Shown here: positions 51,009 to 59,589 of the stretch, piece by piece
Position numbering within the stretch: position 1 is the first letter of the stretch
How the letters are laid out: every line of letters begins with the position of its first letter
Origin: an uncultured archaeon
GTDB taxonomy: Archaea; Thermoproteota; EX4484-205; JAAOZP01
Direction of reading: 5' to 3'
DNA length: 64,000 nt
Assembly (NCBI GenBank): GCA_938045545.1
Contig: CALIBN010000017.1
Location: forward strand, 64,519-128,518
Program-made: the position numbers and the translations under genes
Notes under the pieces: model-generated
What the model was told of the DNA's origin: nothing
The model's database searches: none
Seen by the model: only the letters and a program-made list of their open reading frames with translations

Positions 51009-51482
51009 GTGTTTATGAGGGGATCCTATATTCTCGTTATTTCAGTCGGGAGAAACGTCTGGTTTAAGCCGGGTTCTCTTCCAAGGGTCAGGCTTCCCCC
51101 AGGCTGCTATGTTTACGTGGGCTCCGCCATGGGGCCGGGTGGCTTTGAGAAAAGGGTTTTGAGACACTTGAAGAGAGATAAGAGGGCAAGGTGGCACATA
51201 GACTATTTGACGAGGCTCAGGAGTGTTAAGGTTGCAGGCGTTATCTATGCTTCTCTCCCACACGGAGAGTCTAGGCTTACGCGCATCCTTTCCTCCCTAG
51301 GTTTCGTTAAGGTGGTTAAAGGGTTTGGAGCAACCGACTCCCCAGGTGATTTTTCCCACCTCCTGTTTTCCAAGGAGGGCTCAAGGAAGACGGTTGAAAG
51401 AATAGCATATGGGATGAGGAGAAGCGGCCTGCGGTTTAGGCTTTTCAGCCGAGAGGATTTAATAAGCTCGTCAGAGTGTTAA
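51009..51482 (+). CDS. DUF123 GIY-YIG (Uri superfamily) endonuclease
   Basis: GSYIL, YVYVGSAMG, RVLRH, WHIDYL and GFGATD...SHL motifs. Confidence 0.88.
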   Translation: MFMRGSYILVISVGRNVWFKPGSLPRVRLPPGCYVYVGSAMGPGGFEKRVLRHLKRDKRARWHIDYLTRLRSVKVAGVIYASLPHGESRLTRILSSLGFVKVVKGFGATDSPGDFSHLLFSKEGSRKTVERIAYGMRRSGLRFRLFSREDLISSSEC

Positions 51483-51486
51483 ACGC

Positions 51487-51765
51487 ATGTTTAAAAGATG
51501 GGCTGGGGGGGAGTATGAGGTTGAGCTGACCCTTAGGCTTCACGAGGTCGGCGACCGTTCCCCAGCTAAAGCCGTAGAATGGGGGGATGAGCTTATCCCT
51601 TTGAACGTTTTCCTCAGGGAGGCTAAGGAGGTTTCGCCCTCAAACCCTAAGAGGATTATGGTCAGGTCTAAGGGGCTTAAAATAAGCCTGAAAATAATCA
51701 GGATAGAGATCCTTAGGCTTGGGGAGAAATCTATAGATCTGAGGCTTATCACGGAAAAGGGTTAG
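51487..51765 (+). CDS. Hypothetical protein
   Basis: 92-aa ORF starting 4 nt after the upstream gene, with host-like codon style. Confidence 0.5.
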   Translation: MFKRWAGGEYEVELTLRLHEVGDRSPAKAVEWGDELIPLNVFLREAKEVSPSNPKRIMVRSKGLKISLKIIRIEILRLGEKSIDLRLITEKG

Positions 51766-52381
51766 GTTCTGCTTCAGGGCTTCTAGGCTGGAGGGACTGT
51801 TAAGCAATTGCAGTGAAACAAAATGCTCCATGACCGCTAGTAAGCATGGATTTGGGCGCCTAAAGGCTTGGAAAAACACTCCTTTTCGAGGTCGCTTTGA
51901 GGATAAAAGGGGGCCTCGCCGGAGTCTCCCTATATGTTGGCCGGATCAGTAAATCGAAGAAAGTAAATGGTAGAGCATAAAACAAAGATATAGTGAGATA
52001 TCGAATAGAAGCATAAAAATTCCTGTGTGAAGCGCACGCAGCCCGATGTCAGGTGTAATATACTATGAATATAAGGCAAAGAACTTCGCTGGTGAAAAAT
52101 GCGTAGAACCATGCGTATATTTTCAGAACCAACTTTACACGCCGTATTAAGCGCTTAAAAGCCAAACCGCGACCAATATGGAAAATAGGGAGTACGTCCA
52201 GCTCGTAAGAATTTTAGAGCCCGCGCTATAAGCCAGTTAAAAGCGTCATCAATATCCTTGTCCATAAAAACATCATCCAAATATTAATAGGTATCATAGT
52301 CTTATAAAGCTTTATAGCGTGCACTGTTCTATGCTGGGGAAATAATTATTAAGCTTCGCAGTATTACCTAAAACTGTTAAC

Positions 52382-53437
52382 TCAACGGCAGTATTTAGAT
52401 TCGAAGATAATCGTGGCCTCCGCTATGCGTTTCCTCTCAAGTGTCTTCTTAAAACCGTAGTTGGAGATCTCGCGCACGTTACCGCTGAGCCCGTCCTCCC
52501 TAGCCTTGGCCATAGCCCTCACAACATCCAGTATTATGTTTCCCGCGTTGACACCGTCGTTAGACCTCAGGCTAACGTTAATGGTGAAGCCGCCGCCCAT
52601 GAAACCCGTTGCGTTAAACTGTAGATAAGTGATCCTGTTGTTCCCCAGGAAGTCAACGTAGTCCGTTGTTCCAGAAACCACCTCCCAGCCTTCCTCAACC
52701 TCCTCGACTATGGAGGATGTTTTAACCTGCTTCTTGAAATCCCTAAGGTCCTCATACATTGTGTTCAGTGTCTCCAGCCCGCCTCCAACGTCAAGCTGAT
52801 AGCTTTTAACAGGCTTAACCCCCCTAGACTTGAGAAACGCTACAAGCCCCCTGTGTAGAGCTGTGCCTCCAAGCTGGCTCATAAGATCGTCCCCAACTAC
52901 TATGAGCCCTCTCTCCTCGAATTTTTCAATTATAACAGGGCTCGTAGCGATACTCGTCGGAGTGGTGTTTATGAAGCTCGCTCCAGCCTCGCGTGCAGCC
53001 TCGGCATATGCTAGTGAAGACTTGTCAAGACCGCCGGAAATCATGTTTACAGCTATGTCCACACGGTTCTCCCTTAGGTATTCGACGATGGTCTCCTTGT
53101 CCTGTTTCAAGGGTTTAACTGTTGAGGCGAGATACGGGTTTATCTCATCCTCCAGTAGCCCACTCTCCACCACGACGCCGGTCTTGGATATTGCGAAGTG
53201 TTTCTCAAAAGTGTTTGGCGCTGAGAAAACTGCTTCGGAAATATCTTTCCCAACCTTCCTGGCATCTATGTCTACGGCCGCAGCGATCTCAATATCGCTG
53301 ACTCTATAACCTCCAACGACGGGGTGCCACAACCCCTCCTTCTCAGGGTTTGTAGAATAGTAGTATAGGCCCTGTATGACTGCTGAGGCACAGTTTCCCA
53401 CTCCTATGATCGCGATTCTTATTCGCCTGCCCGCCAT
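52382..53437 (-). CDS. ino1: Myo-inositol-1-phosphate synthase family protein
   Basis: IAIIGVGNCASA, DIDARKVGKD, VGDDLMSQLGGT and YQLDVGG motifs. Confidence 0.85.
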   Translation of the reverse strand: MAGRRIRIAIIGVGNCASAVIQGLYYYSTNPEKEGLWHPVVGGYRVSDIEIAAAVDIDARKVGKDISEAVFSAPNTFEKHFAISKTGVVVESGLLEDEINPYLASTVKPLKQDKETIVEYLRENRVDIAVNMISGGLDKSSLAYAEAAREAGASFINTTPTSIATSPVIIEKFEERGLIVVGDDLMSQLGGTALHRGLVAFLKSRGVKPVKSYQLDVGGGLETLNTMYEDLRDFKKQVKTSSIVEEVEEGWEVVSGTTDYVDFLGNNRITYLQFNATGFMGGGFTINVSLRSNDGVNAGNIILDVVRAMAKAREDGLSGNVREISNYGFKKTLERKRIAEATIIFESKYCR

Positions 53438-53481
53438 GATTAAAAAAACATTTTACTAGTATATAACATTTTTAGGGCATG

Positions 53482-54153
53482 CTAAACCCAAGCAGACAGG
53501 AGCTCCCTAAGCTCATACGGGTTTAAAACCACCATCTCTGCACCAGCGTCCCTGAGCCTTTCAGCACTGCCGAGGCTTGAAACCATCCCTATCGCCTTAA
53601 CCCCGGCTTTCACAGCTGCCTCAATATCTATAGGGGAGTCGCCAACGTGGACGGTTTTCCAAGGATGGACGCCGAGTTTTTCACAAGCCTTAAGGATAAG
53701 GTCTGGAAAGGGCTTAAGCCTGTCAACATCGTTTCTCGTGAAAACATCGTTGAAAAATTTTTTCAAGCCTGTTTTTTCGAGAACTATTTCAACCGCCTTC
53801 TTGCAATTGTTGGTGCAGACCGCCGTCTTGACTTCGCGCTCTTTAAGCCATGAAAGAAGCTCTGAAACACCGTTCCTAACAACCGGTTTCTCAGCAGCCC
53901 TAAGCTCTACTGCCTCCACAGCCTCATAGACTTTCCTCCTCAAGTCTTTCAACTCGTCTTCGCTAAAGCCCTTTCTCCTCATGAATTCAACCGCGTTCTC
54001 AATGTTTATAGCTATAGGCTTAGATTCCGAGAGGACCCTCCTGTCAACACCCATCTCCAACAGCCTAGCTATACCTATCATCCTGGCTGAACCGAGATCA
54101 TAGTTGAACTCTATAAGAGTTCCATCCATATCCAATAGTACCGCTTCGATCAT
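53482..54153 (-). CDS. HAD superfamily hydrolase (phosphoglycolate phosphatase-like)
   Basis: DMDGTL, CTNN, KPFP and GDSPIDIEAA motifs. Confidence 0.9.
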   Translation of the reverse strand: MIEAVLLDMDGTLIEFNYDLGSARMIGIARLLEMGVDRRVLSESKPIAINIENAVEFMRRKGFSEDELKDLRRKVYEAVEAVELRAAEKPVVRNGVSELLSWLKEREVKTAVCTNNCKKAVEIVLEKTGLKKFFNDVFTRNDVDRLKPFPDLILKACEKLGVHPWKTVHVGDSPIDIEAAVKAGVKAIGMVSSLGSAERLRDAGAEMVVLNPYELRELLSAWV

Positions 54154-54273
54154 CTAGCCAATGGCAGCGTTAAGAAAGGGTTTTAAATCTTAAATAATCA
54201 TATTTCCTGGGCTGGGACTATTTTCATGTGCAGCTGAAGTCTCATCCCGTGACAGTATCAACATGTTCATTGA

Positions 54274-54531
54274 TTAATGCATGCGTGCTATGCCAGCGCG
54301 CTCAACCGAGAGCACTACGCGAGTGTCCGTGGTAACTATTGATTCCACGCTTCTTATTTTTAAAACCGTCTTCATAAGCCTCTCAACGTCGAGCACGTCG
54401 ACCCTGACGAGCAGGTCTATGTCTCCCGTCAACTCCATAACCTCTCTAACCTCATCGATGCTTAGAAGCTTCTCCATAACCTTCTCCCTGTTAAAACCCC
54501 TGCCTATCTTAGCGAGCACGAAAGCCTGCAT
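54274..54531 (-). CDS. Stand-alone Lrp/AsnC ligand-binding (RAM) domain protein
   Basis: AFVLAK...ELTGDIDLLVRV...IRSVESIVTTDT; no HTH. Confidence 0.85.
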   Translation of the reverse strand: MQAFVLAKIGRGFNREKVMEKLLSIDEVREVMELTGDIDLLVRVDVLDVERLMKTVLKIRSVESIVTTDTRVVLSVERAGIARMH

Positions 54532-54569
54532 TCCTAGGATTTATCAAGGCAGCGGCATATATGTTTTTC

Positions 54570-54803
54570 CTACTTGACGATATGCGACAAAACTAGGCGC
54601 GTGTCCGTAGACTCTACGCCTTTAACGCTAAGGATCTCGTCGGCTATTCTCCTCAAGTCTGTTTCAGACTGGGCTTCAACTTCAACAAGCAGGTCTATGT
54701 CCCCGGTCAGCTCGTAGACCTTTTTCACCCCTTTTATTTGAAGAACCTTTTCAATGTTGCCTTGGAAGCCGCTTGAAACCTTTACGAGTATTATCGCTTC
54801 CAT
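54570..54803 (-). CDS. Stand-alone Lrp/AsnC ligand-binding (RAM) domain protein
   Basis: AIILVKV...GVKKVYELTGDIDLLVEV...GVESTDT; no HTH. Confidence 0.85.
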   Translation of the reverse strand: MEAIILVKVSSGFQGNIEKVLQIKGVKKVYELTGDIDLLVEVEAQSETDLRRIADEILSVKGVESTDTRLVLSHIVK

Positions 54804-54898
54804 AGCGTGCTATGATGATGGGTGACTTAAGATAAGCTTTTCTCTGGGGGGAAAGGTTAAATACTGCCTTGATAAGGGTCTCGCGGAGATGAGAAGAA

Positions 54899-55312
54899 GT
54901 GGCGGAGCAGCTTGTTAAGGTTAAAGACCTTAACACCGACTCCAAACACGTAAACCTTCTCGCCAAGGTGCTCTCCCTCTCTGAAGCAAGGGAGGTTGCA
55001 TCCAGGTACGGAGGCTCTACGAACAGGGTTGCTGAAGCAAAGATCGGCGACGAAACGGGAACAATACTGCTGACGCTCTGGAACGAGAATATCGACTTGG
55101 TTAAGCCAGAAGACGTTATAATGATTAAAAACGGCTATGTAACGGTTTACCAGAGGACTCTAAGGCTAAACGTGGGCAAGTACGGTTCCATAGAGAAGAG
55201 TGACGCCCAAATAGGAAGCGTTGATACTTCTAACAACATGTCTGAAAAAGAGGTTTCAGGGGGGTACTACGGCGGCAGAAGGTTTAACCGTGGTTCAAGG
55301 AGGAGGTATTAA
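54899..55312 (+). CDS. ssb: Single-stranded DNA-binding protein (single OB fold, crenarchaeal type)
   Basis: KVKDL, IGDETGTILLTLW, IKNGYV and LNVGKYG; Gly/Arg-rich tail. Confidence 0.9.
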   Translation: MAEQLVKVKDLNTDSKHVNLLAKVLSLSEAREVASRYGGSTNRVAEAKIGDETGTILLTLWNENIDLVKPEDVIMIKNGYVTVYQRTLRLNVGKYGSIEKSDAQIGSVDTSNNMSEKEVSGGYYGGRRFNRGSRRRY

Positions 55313-55477
55313 GGGGTAGTCTGAATAAAAACCTTCTTGGCGGTTAAAACTGGTGAATTCAAAAACCTTAGGCTAGAGCCTGTTATAATCGAAACCGGGA
55401 TCCATTTCTCTGTTTTCAAGTACACTTTTCAAGATGTTTTTCGGCTTGTTTCCGGCCCGCCAGGCTTGACGGTTGCC

Positions 55478-56782
55478 CTACCCTACGAGGCTTGAAAGCC
55501 TGCATGCAATTAAGGGTACTAGAAGCTCGTCCAGCGTTAGAGAACCGTGTGCGCCAGCCCTTACAAAGTCGGGCTCCATCCTCTCCTTCAAATCGTAGTG
55601 GAACACAAGTCTGCTCTCATCCTTGGACAGCGCAATATAGTCTCCAACCCTGTCCTGGACACATGGCTTAACCTCGCCTGTTCCAAAAACACCTTTATCC
55701 AGCAACGTTCTTGATTTAAACAGTGAGATGTTGCCGCCGACCTCTCTTTGAAATTTTCTCTCAAACCCTTCAACATTCTTCTTAAGGTATAGGTAGGCTG
55801 CCCTAGACTCGCCGGCGGGAGGCATTACGAGAGACTCCTTAAGCCAGTTTAAACTGTTAAGCCTGATCGACTTGTCGTCACTAACCCTTGACTGGCCGTG
55901 GTCTGAAGTCATTACGAGAAGCGTCTCCCTGGCTACATCAGGCTTAACCCTGCTGAAGGCTTCTCTTAGAAGGGTGAGGGTGTTTAGGAGCTCTAGCTCA
56001 GCCTCATTGCTGAACGGCCCGTAATAGTGCGACTGGCCGTCGAAACTATCCCAGTAGGCTACTATGAACCTCGTGGTCCTATCGTTAACGAGCTTGGCGA
56101 GATTTGTAGCGAAATCCACGCTGGTTAAGGCGGGGATAATCTTAGAGCCCTTGTAGAGTAGTGTTGAAAGACCGCTGTTCCTGATGCCGTACCTGATTAT
56201 GGTTTTAGCTTCAACCCCTTTTTCCGCAAGCCTCTCCGTCAAAACCTTTACGCCCAGTATCCTGTCGGCATCCATGCCCAGTTCGAAAACCCTGTTTCTC
56301 CTCTCGTCGTTAACAGGGCTCAGGGAGATCATGTTAACCATTGAGCCGAGTTCCTTCATGAAGATCGTGTAAGCAACTACGCCGTGCTCCTGTGGGCTTA
56401 ACCCAGTGTTGAGGCTCGTCAGTGCAGCTGATGTCGTCGTTGGGAAGACTGATGTTAACGCCTTGACGGATATGCCTCTTTTAGCAAGCAGACCGTCCAG
56501 GAAACGTTTAACCCCCTCAGAAGCCTTTTCAAAGACGTTAAGACCCATAGCATCCATGATCAGGAGAACAATCTTGCACGGGTTTTTGAAGTCTGGGAGA
56601 ACATCTTTCCTAAGCCTTCTCCCAGAGGGCTTGGCACCCGTGAGTTTCATTAGGCTGTTTGAAAGGTTTGGGAGGGAGAAGCCGTCGTACCTTGGAATGA
56701 ACAGGCCGTCGGATAATCTTTTCAGCTGAAGCTCCTCAACCTCTTCCCAGACAGTTGGCATGTGGAGAATAAGAATCGCCAA
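55478..56782 (-). CDS. Alkaline phosphatase superfamily (nucleotide pyrophosphatase-like) protein
   Basis: LLIMDAMG, TSVFPTTTSAALTSLNTG...HG, D..SH..G, TSDHG and GAHGSL motifs. Confidence 0.85.
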   Translation of the reverse strand: MAILILHMPTVWEEVEELQLKRLSDGLFIPRYDGFSLPNLSNSLMKLTGAKPSGRRLRKDVLPDFKNPCKIVLLIMDAMGLNVFEKASEGVKRFLDGLLAKRGISVKALTSVFPTTTSAALTSLNTGLSPQEHGVVAYTIFMKELGSMVNMISLSPVNDERRNRVFELGMDADRILGVKVLTERLAEKGVEAKTIIRYGIRNSGLSTLLYKGSKIIPALTSVDFATNLAKLVNDRTTRFIVAYWDSFDGQSHYYGPFSNEAELELLNTLTLLREAFSRVKPDVARETLLVMTSDHGQSRVSDDKSIRLNSLNWLKESLVMPPAGESRAAYLYLKKNVEGFERKFQREVGGNISLFKSRTLLDKGVFGTGEVKPCVQDRVGDYIALSKDESRLVFHYDLKERMEPDFVRAGAHGSLTLDELLVPLIACRLSSLVG

Positions 56783-56879
56783 TATAAACGCTTATTCATT
56801 AAGCCAACCGTCAAAGCTAACAGGCTTGCCGTATAGATGATGAAAACACTTATCTAAACGCCGTCCTTTCTAAAAGGAT

Positions 56880-57239
56880 ATGGATGGACCTCGCTGCGTT
56901 TATTTGGAGGGGGAGGGCGTGCTCCTCTTGAAAAACCTTGAGCCGGGTAATGCTGAGGTGAGAATCCCAGACAACATTTTGAAAATAGTCTTAAGGAGGA
57001 CCCGGGAGGGCTTCAAGCTTTTCCTGTCAACGCTTAAAGGCGAGGCAACGGTTAAAATGCTAGTCTTGGAGAACTCTGGGCCAGGGGTTCTAAGCATAGC
57101 TGAGGGGGTTCCTTGTAGGATTGGGGGCTTCAGGCTGAGCTGGGACGGGAGGAGCCTGAAGATAATGGGGTTGAAGCTTAGCGAGAAACCTGTAGAGCTT
57201 AACCTGATACTTGTTCCGGTGGATTTGAAAAGGTTCTAA
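56880..57239 (+). CDS. Hypothetical protein
   Basis: 119-aa ORF with host-like codon style, divergent from the neighbouring gene. Confidence 0.55.
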   Translation: MDGPRCVYLEGEGVLLLKNLEPGNAEVRIPDNILKIVLRRTREGFKLFLSTLKGEATVKMLVLENSGPGVLSIAEGVPCRIGGFRLSWDGRSLKIMGLKLSEKPVELNLILVPVDLKRF

Positions 57240-57421
57240 TCTGTCTCTTCAAACCAGGGTTGCTCAGGCTTCTCCCTTAGCCTCTTAAACTTCTCCCTTA
57301 GCCTCTTTGTCTCCCTTCTGTGCTTCAATAGGGCGCTTATCAGAAAGCCTAGGAAGCTTACGAAGATCGCAATCATGTAGAAGAGGAAGAACATCGACAG
57401 GTCGAGTTGAGCCCTAATCAT
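57236..57421 (-). CDS. Small single-TM protein with a duplicated KRLREK segment
   Basis: MIRAQLDLSMFFLFYMIAIFVSFLGFLISALL followed by a basic tail; start moved to ATG 57421 to avoid overlapping the next gene. Confidence 0.5.
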   Translation of the reverse strand: MIRAQLDLSMFFLFYMIAIFVSFLGFLISALLKHRRETKRLREKFKRLREKPEQPWFEETD

Positions 57422-57509
57422 TACTTTGTTTTCCGCGCTAAGCACAGTTATATATGTTTTATGTTTACAAGGCTTAAACTTTAAAAACAATCTCCTCAAA
57501 GAGGAAGCG

Positions 57510-57734
57510 ATGCTTAAAGCGTATCTGCTAATAGTCTGCGAAGTGGGTTTGGAGAGGAATATTGAGGAAGCCATAAGGGGCGTGGCTAACGTGAAGGAAG
57601 TGGATGTCGTCTACGGTGAGTACGACTTAATAGTTAAAATAGAAGTTGATGATATTAAGCAGCTCGACGGGGTAGTTTCGGAGATAAGGCGTATCAAGGG
57701 TGTTTTAAGAACCATGACGCTGCTCTGCGACTAG
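57510..57734 (+). CDS. Stand-alone Lrp/AsnC ligand-binding (RAM) domain protein
   Basis: MLKAYLLIVCEVG...VYGEYDLIVKIE...IRRIKGVLRTMTL; no HTH. Confidence 0.88.
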   Translation: MLKAYLLIVCEVGLERNIEEAIRGVANVKEVDVVYGEYDLIVKIEVDDIKQLDGVVSEIRRIKGVLRTMTLLCD

Positions 57735-57831
57735 GCATTAAGCCCCCTCTGCCCGTTAAATTCTTGCCGAAACCGGTTAAGGCTCCCGGCGGGTCGAGAA
57801 CACTCTTTTAAGGGTTATTGCCGCTTTCTTT

Positions 57832-59028
57832 ATGGTTGCAATCCTTAAATCTGGCGGATCGTTTCAAAACGCGATGAAAAGGATCTGCGTAATACATTAT
57901 TCTGAAATAGGTTTGAAAGGCCTTAACCGACCTTTCTTCGAAAAGATGCTCGTTAAAAATGTTAGACGTCTGTTGAGCGGCATAGCTGACTCCAGGGTTA
58001 AGAGGCTTCAGGGAAGGCTGGTTTTCCCGTTAAACGGGGCGGATCCTCAGAGGGTTGAGGAAAGCCTCATGAAGGTTTTCGGAATATCCTGGTTTGCGTT
58101 CGCAACAGTGGCTGAGCCAAACGTTGATTCAATAGGGAGAACAGTTGTGGAGGAGGCCTCACGGGTTGTTAAGCCGGGTGAGCCCGTTAAGGTTGAGGTT
58201 AAGAGGGCTGACAAGAGGTTTCCCGTAACCTCGCTTGAACTAAGCAAGACCCTTGGGAGAATGCTCGTTGAAAAACTTGGGGCAAAGGTTTCCCTTGAAA
58301 ACCCCTCTAAGAAAATATACGTTGAAGTCTTAAGCAGGGAGGCTTACATATTTACTGAAAAGAAAAAGGGCTTGGGAGGGCTACCCGTGGGGTCTTCAGG
58401 CAGGGTTCTCTCGCTCCTTTCAGGAGGAATAGATTCTCCAATCGCCTCCTACCTGATGATGAAAAGGGGCTGTGAAGTCAGCTACCTGCATTTCCATCCT
58501 TTCCACGATAATGCTGAGGCGGAGAACTCTAAGGTAATGGAGATAGTTAGGAGACTGCTGCCCTACTCCGGCGAAACCGCTGTGATCTTCGTACCCTCAT
58601 ATGAGTTTCAAATAGCGGCGGTCAACATCCCGGCCAAGTATGACCTCGTCCTCTTCAGAAGGTTCATGTTCAGGGTTGCGGAGAGGATTGCTGAGGCTGA
58701 GGGCGCTAGGGCCATCGTGACCGGTGAAAGCCTTGCCCAAGTAGCGTCTCAAACGCTTGAAAACATGGTTGCGATAAGCAGTGGCCTCAGAATACCTGTT
58801 TTCAGGCCTCTGATAGCGTTCGACAAGGAGGAGATTGTAAACATGGCTAAGAAGATAGGCACATACGAGCTTTCAATAAAGCCGTACAGAGATTGCTGTA
58901 GCATCCTTGCACGTCATCCCGAGACGAGGGCCAAGCCCGAGGTCGTCGAAGAGCTCGAGAAACAGATCGACATGGAATCCGTAGTAGACAGGAGCCTCAA
59001 ACTGGCTTCAAAAGTAATCGTAAAGTAA
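57832..59028 (+). CDS. thiI: tRNA 4-thiouridine synthase ThiI
   Basis: YSEIGLKG.NR, THUMP domain, GLPVGSSG, LLSGGIDS, GESLAQVASQT and DCC motifs. Confidence 0.94.
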   Translation: MVAILKSGGSFQNAMKRICVIHYSEIGLKGLNRPFFEKMLVKNVRRLLSGIADSRVKRLQGRLVFPLNGADPQRVEESLMKVFGISWFAFATVAEPNVDSIGRTVVEEASRVVKPGEPVKVEVKRADKRFPVTSLELSKTLGRMLVEKLGAKVSLENPSKKIYVEVLSREAYIFTEKKKGLGGLPVGSSGRVLSLLSGGIDSPIASYLMMKRGCEVSYLHFHPFHDNAEAENSKVMEIVRRLLPYSGETAVIFVPSYEFQIAAVNIPAKYDLVLFRRFMFRVAERIAEAEGARAIVTGESLAQVASQTLENMVAISSGLRIPVFRPLIAFDKEEIVNMAKKIGTYELSIKPYRDCCSILARHPETRAKPEVVEELEKQIDMESVVDRSLKLASKVIVK

Positions 59029-59589
59029 ATCCATCTTCACTACTCCGGAATATGTTGGATATAAGAGACGATAGTGATGTGCTAATCTTTTTCCCTCATT
59101 ATCTATAGCTATGAGGTTGATGCATATCGAATTAGCTTGAAAGGATTACGTAGAGACAAATGCCGACTAAGGTCTCACCGAGGATTCATAGAGATTATCT
59201 TTCTAGGTTCTCTTCAACCAATGTGAAGAGTGTTATGAATGTTCTAATAGCGTATTGGTTTCGCTACCCCAGTTCTAGTTTCTTACCTTCATTTGGCAAT
59301 GTCTTCTAAAAAAAGGCGTCAAGCGTCTTGATTTGGGAGAAAGGCGTCAAAGGTTTGAAGCCCCGGGCAGTGTGAGCTACTGAATATGGTAAGCAAAAAT
59401 TTACCTGAGGCAAAAGGGCGTTTACCTGCTGATGAGCAAAGAATTCCGATGAGCAATCATCACTTCCTCGGACACTTTTAATGGCATTTATCCGCCTAAT
59501 TTGCCCAAGAATTCGTCCTCGAATGCCGCTTCCCGGAGCTGGCTAAGAACGGTGTATATAAATCTTCCGTTGGTAAATTGCGCGCGCGC

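Noticed and set aside
51900-52300. AT-rich spacer with hydrophobic minus-strand reading fragments
   Set aside because: Possibly a decayed membrane-protein gene, but no family can be recognised and no consistent frame rebuilt.
59310-59475. Short direct repeats (AAAGGCGTCAA x2, TTTACCTG x2, GATGAGCAA x2) and a TGATGA box as a possible C/D sRNA
   Set aside because: The D and D' boxes are not CTGA, and the repeats are short and irregularly spaced.
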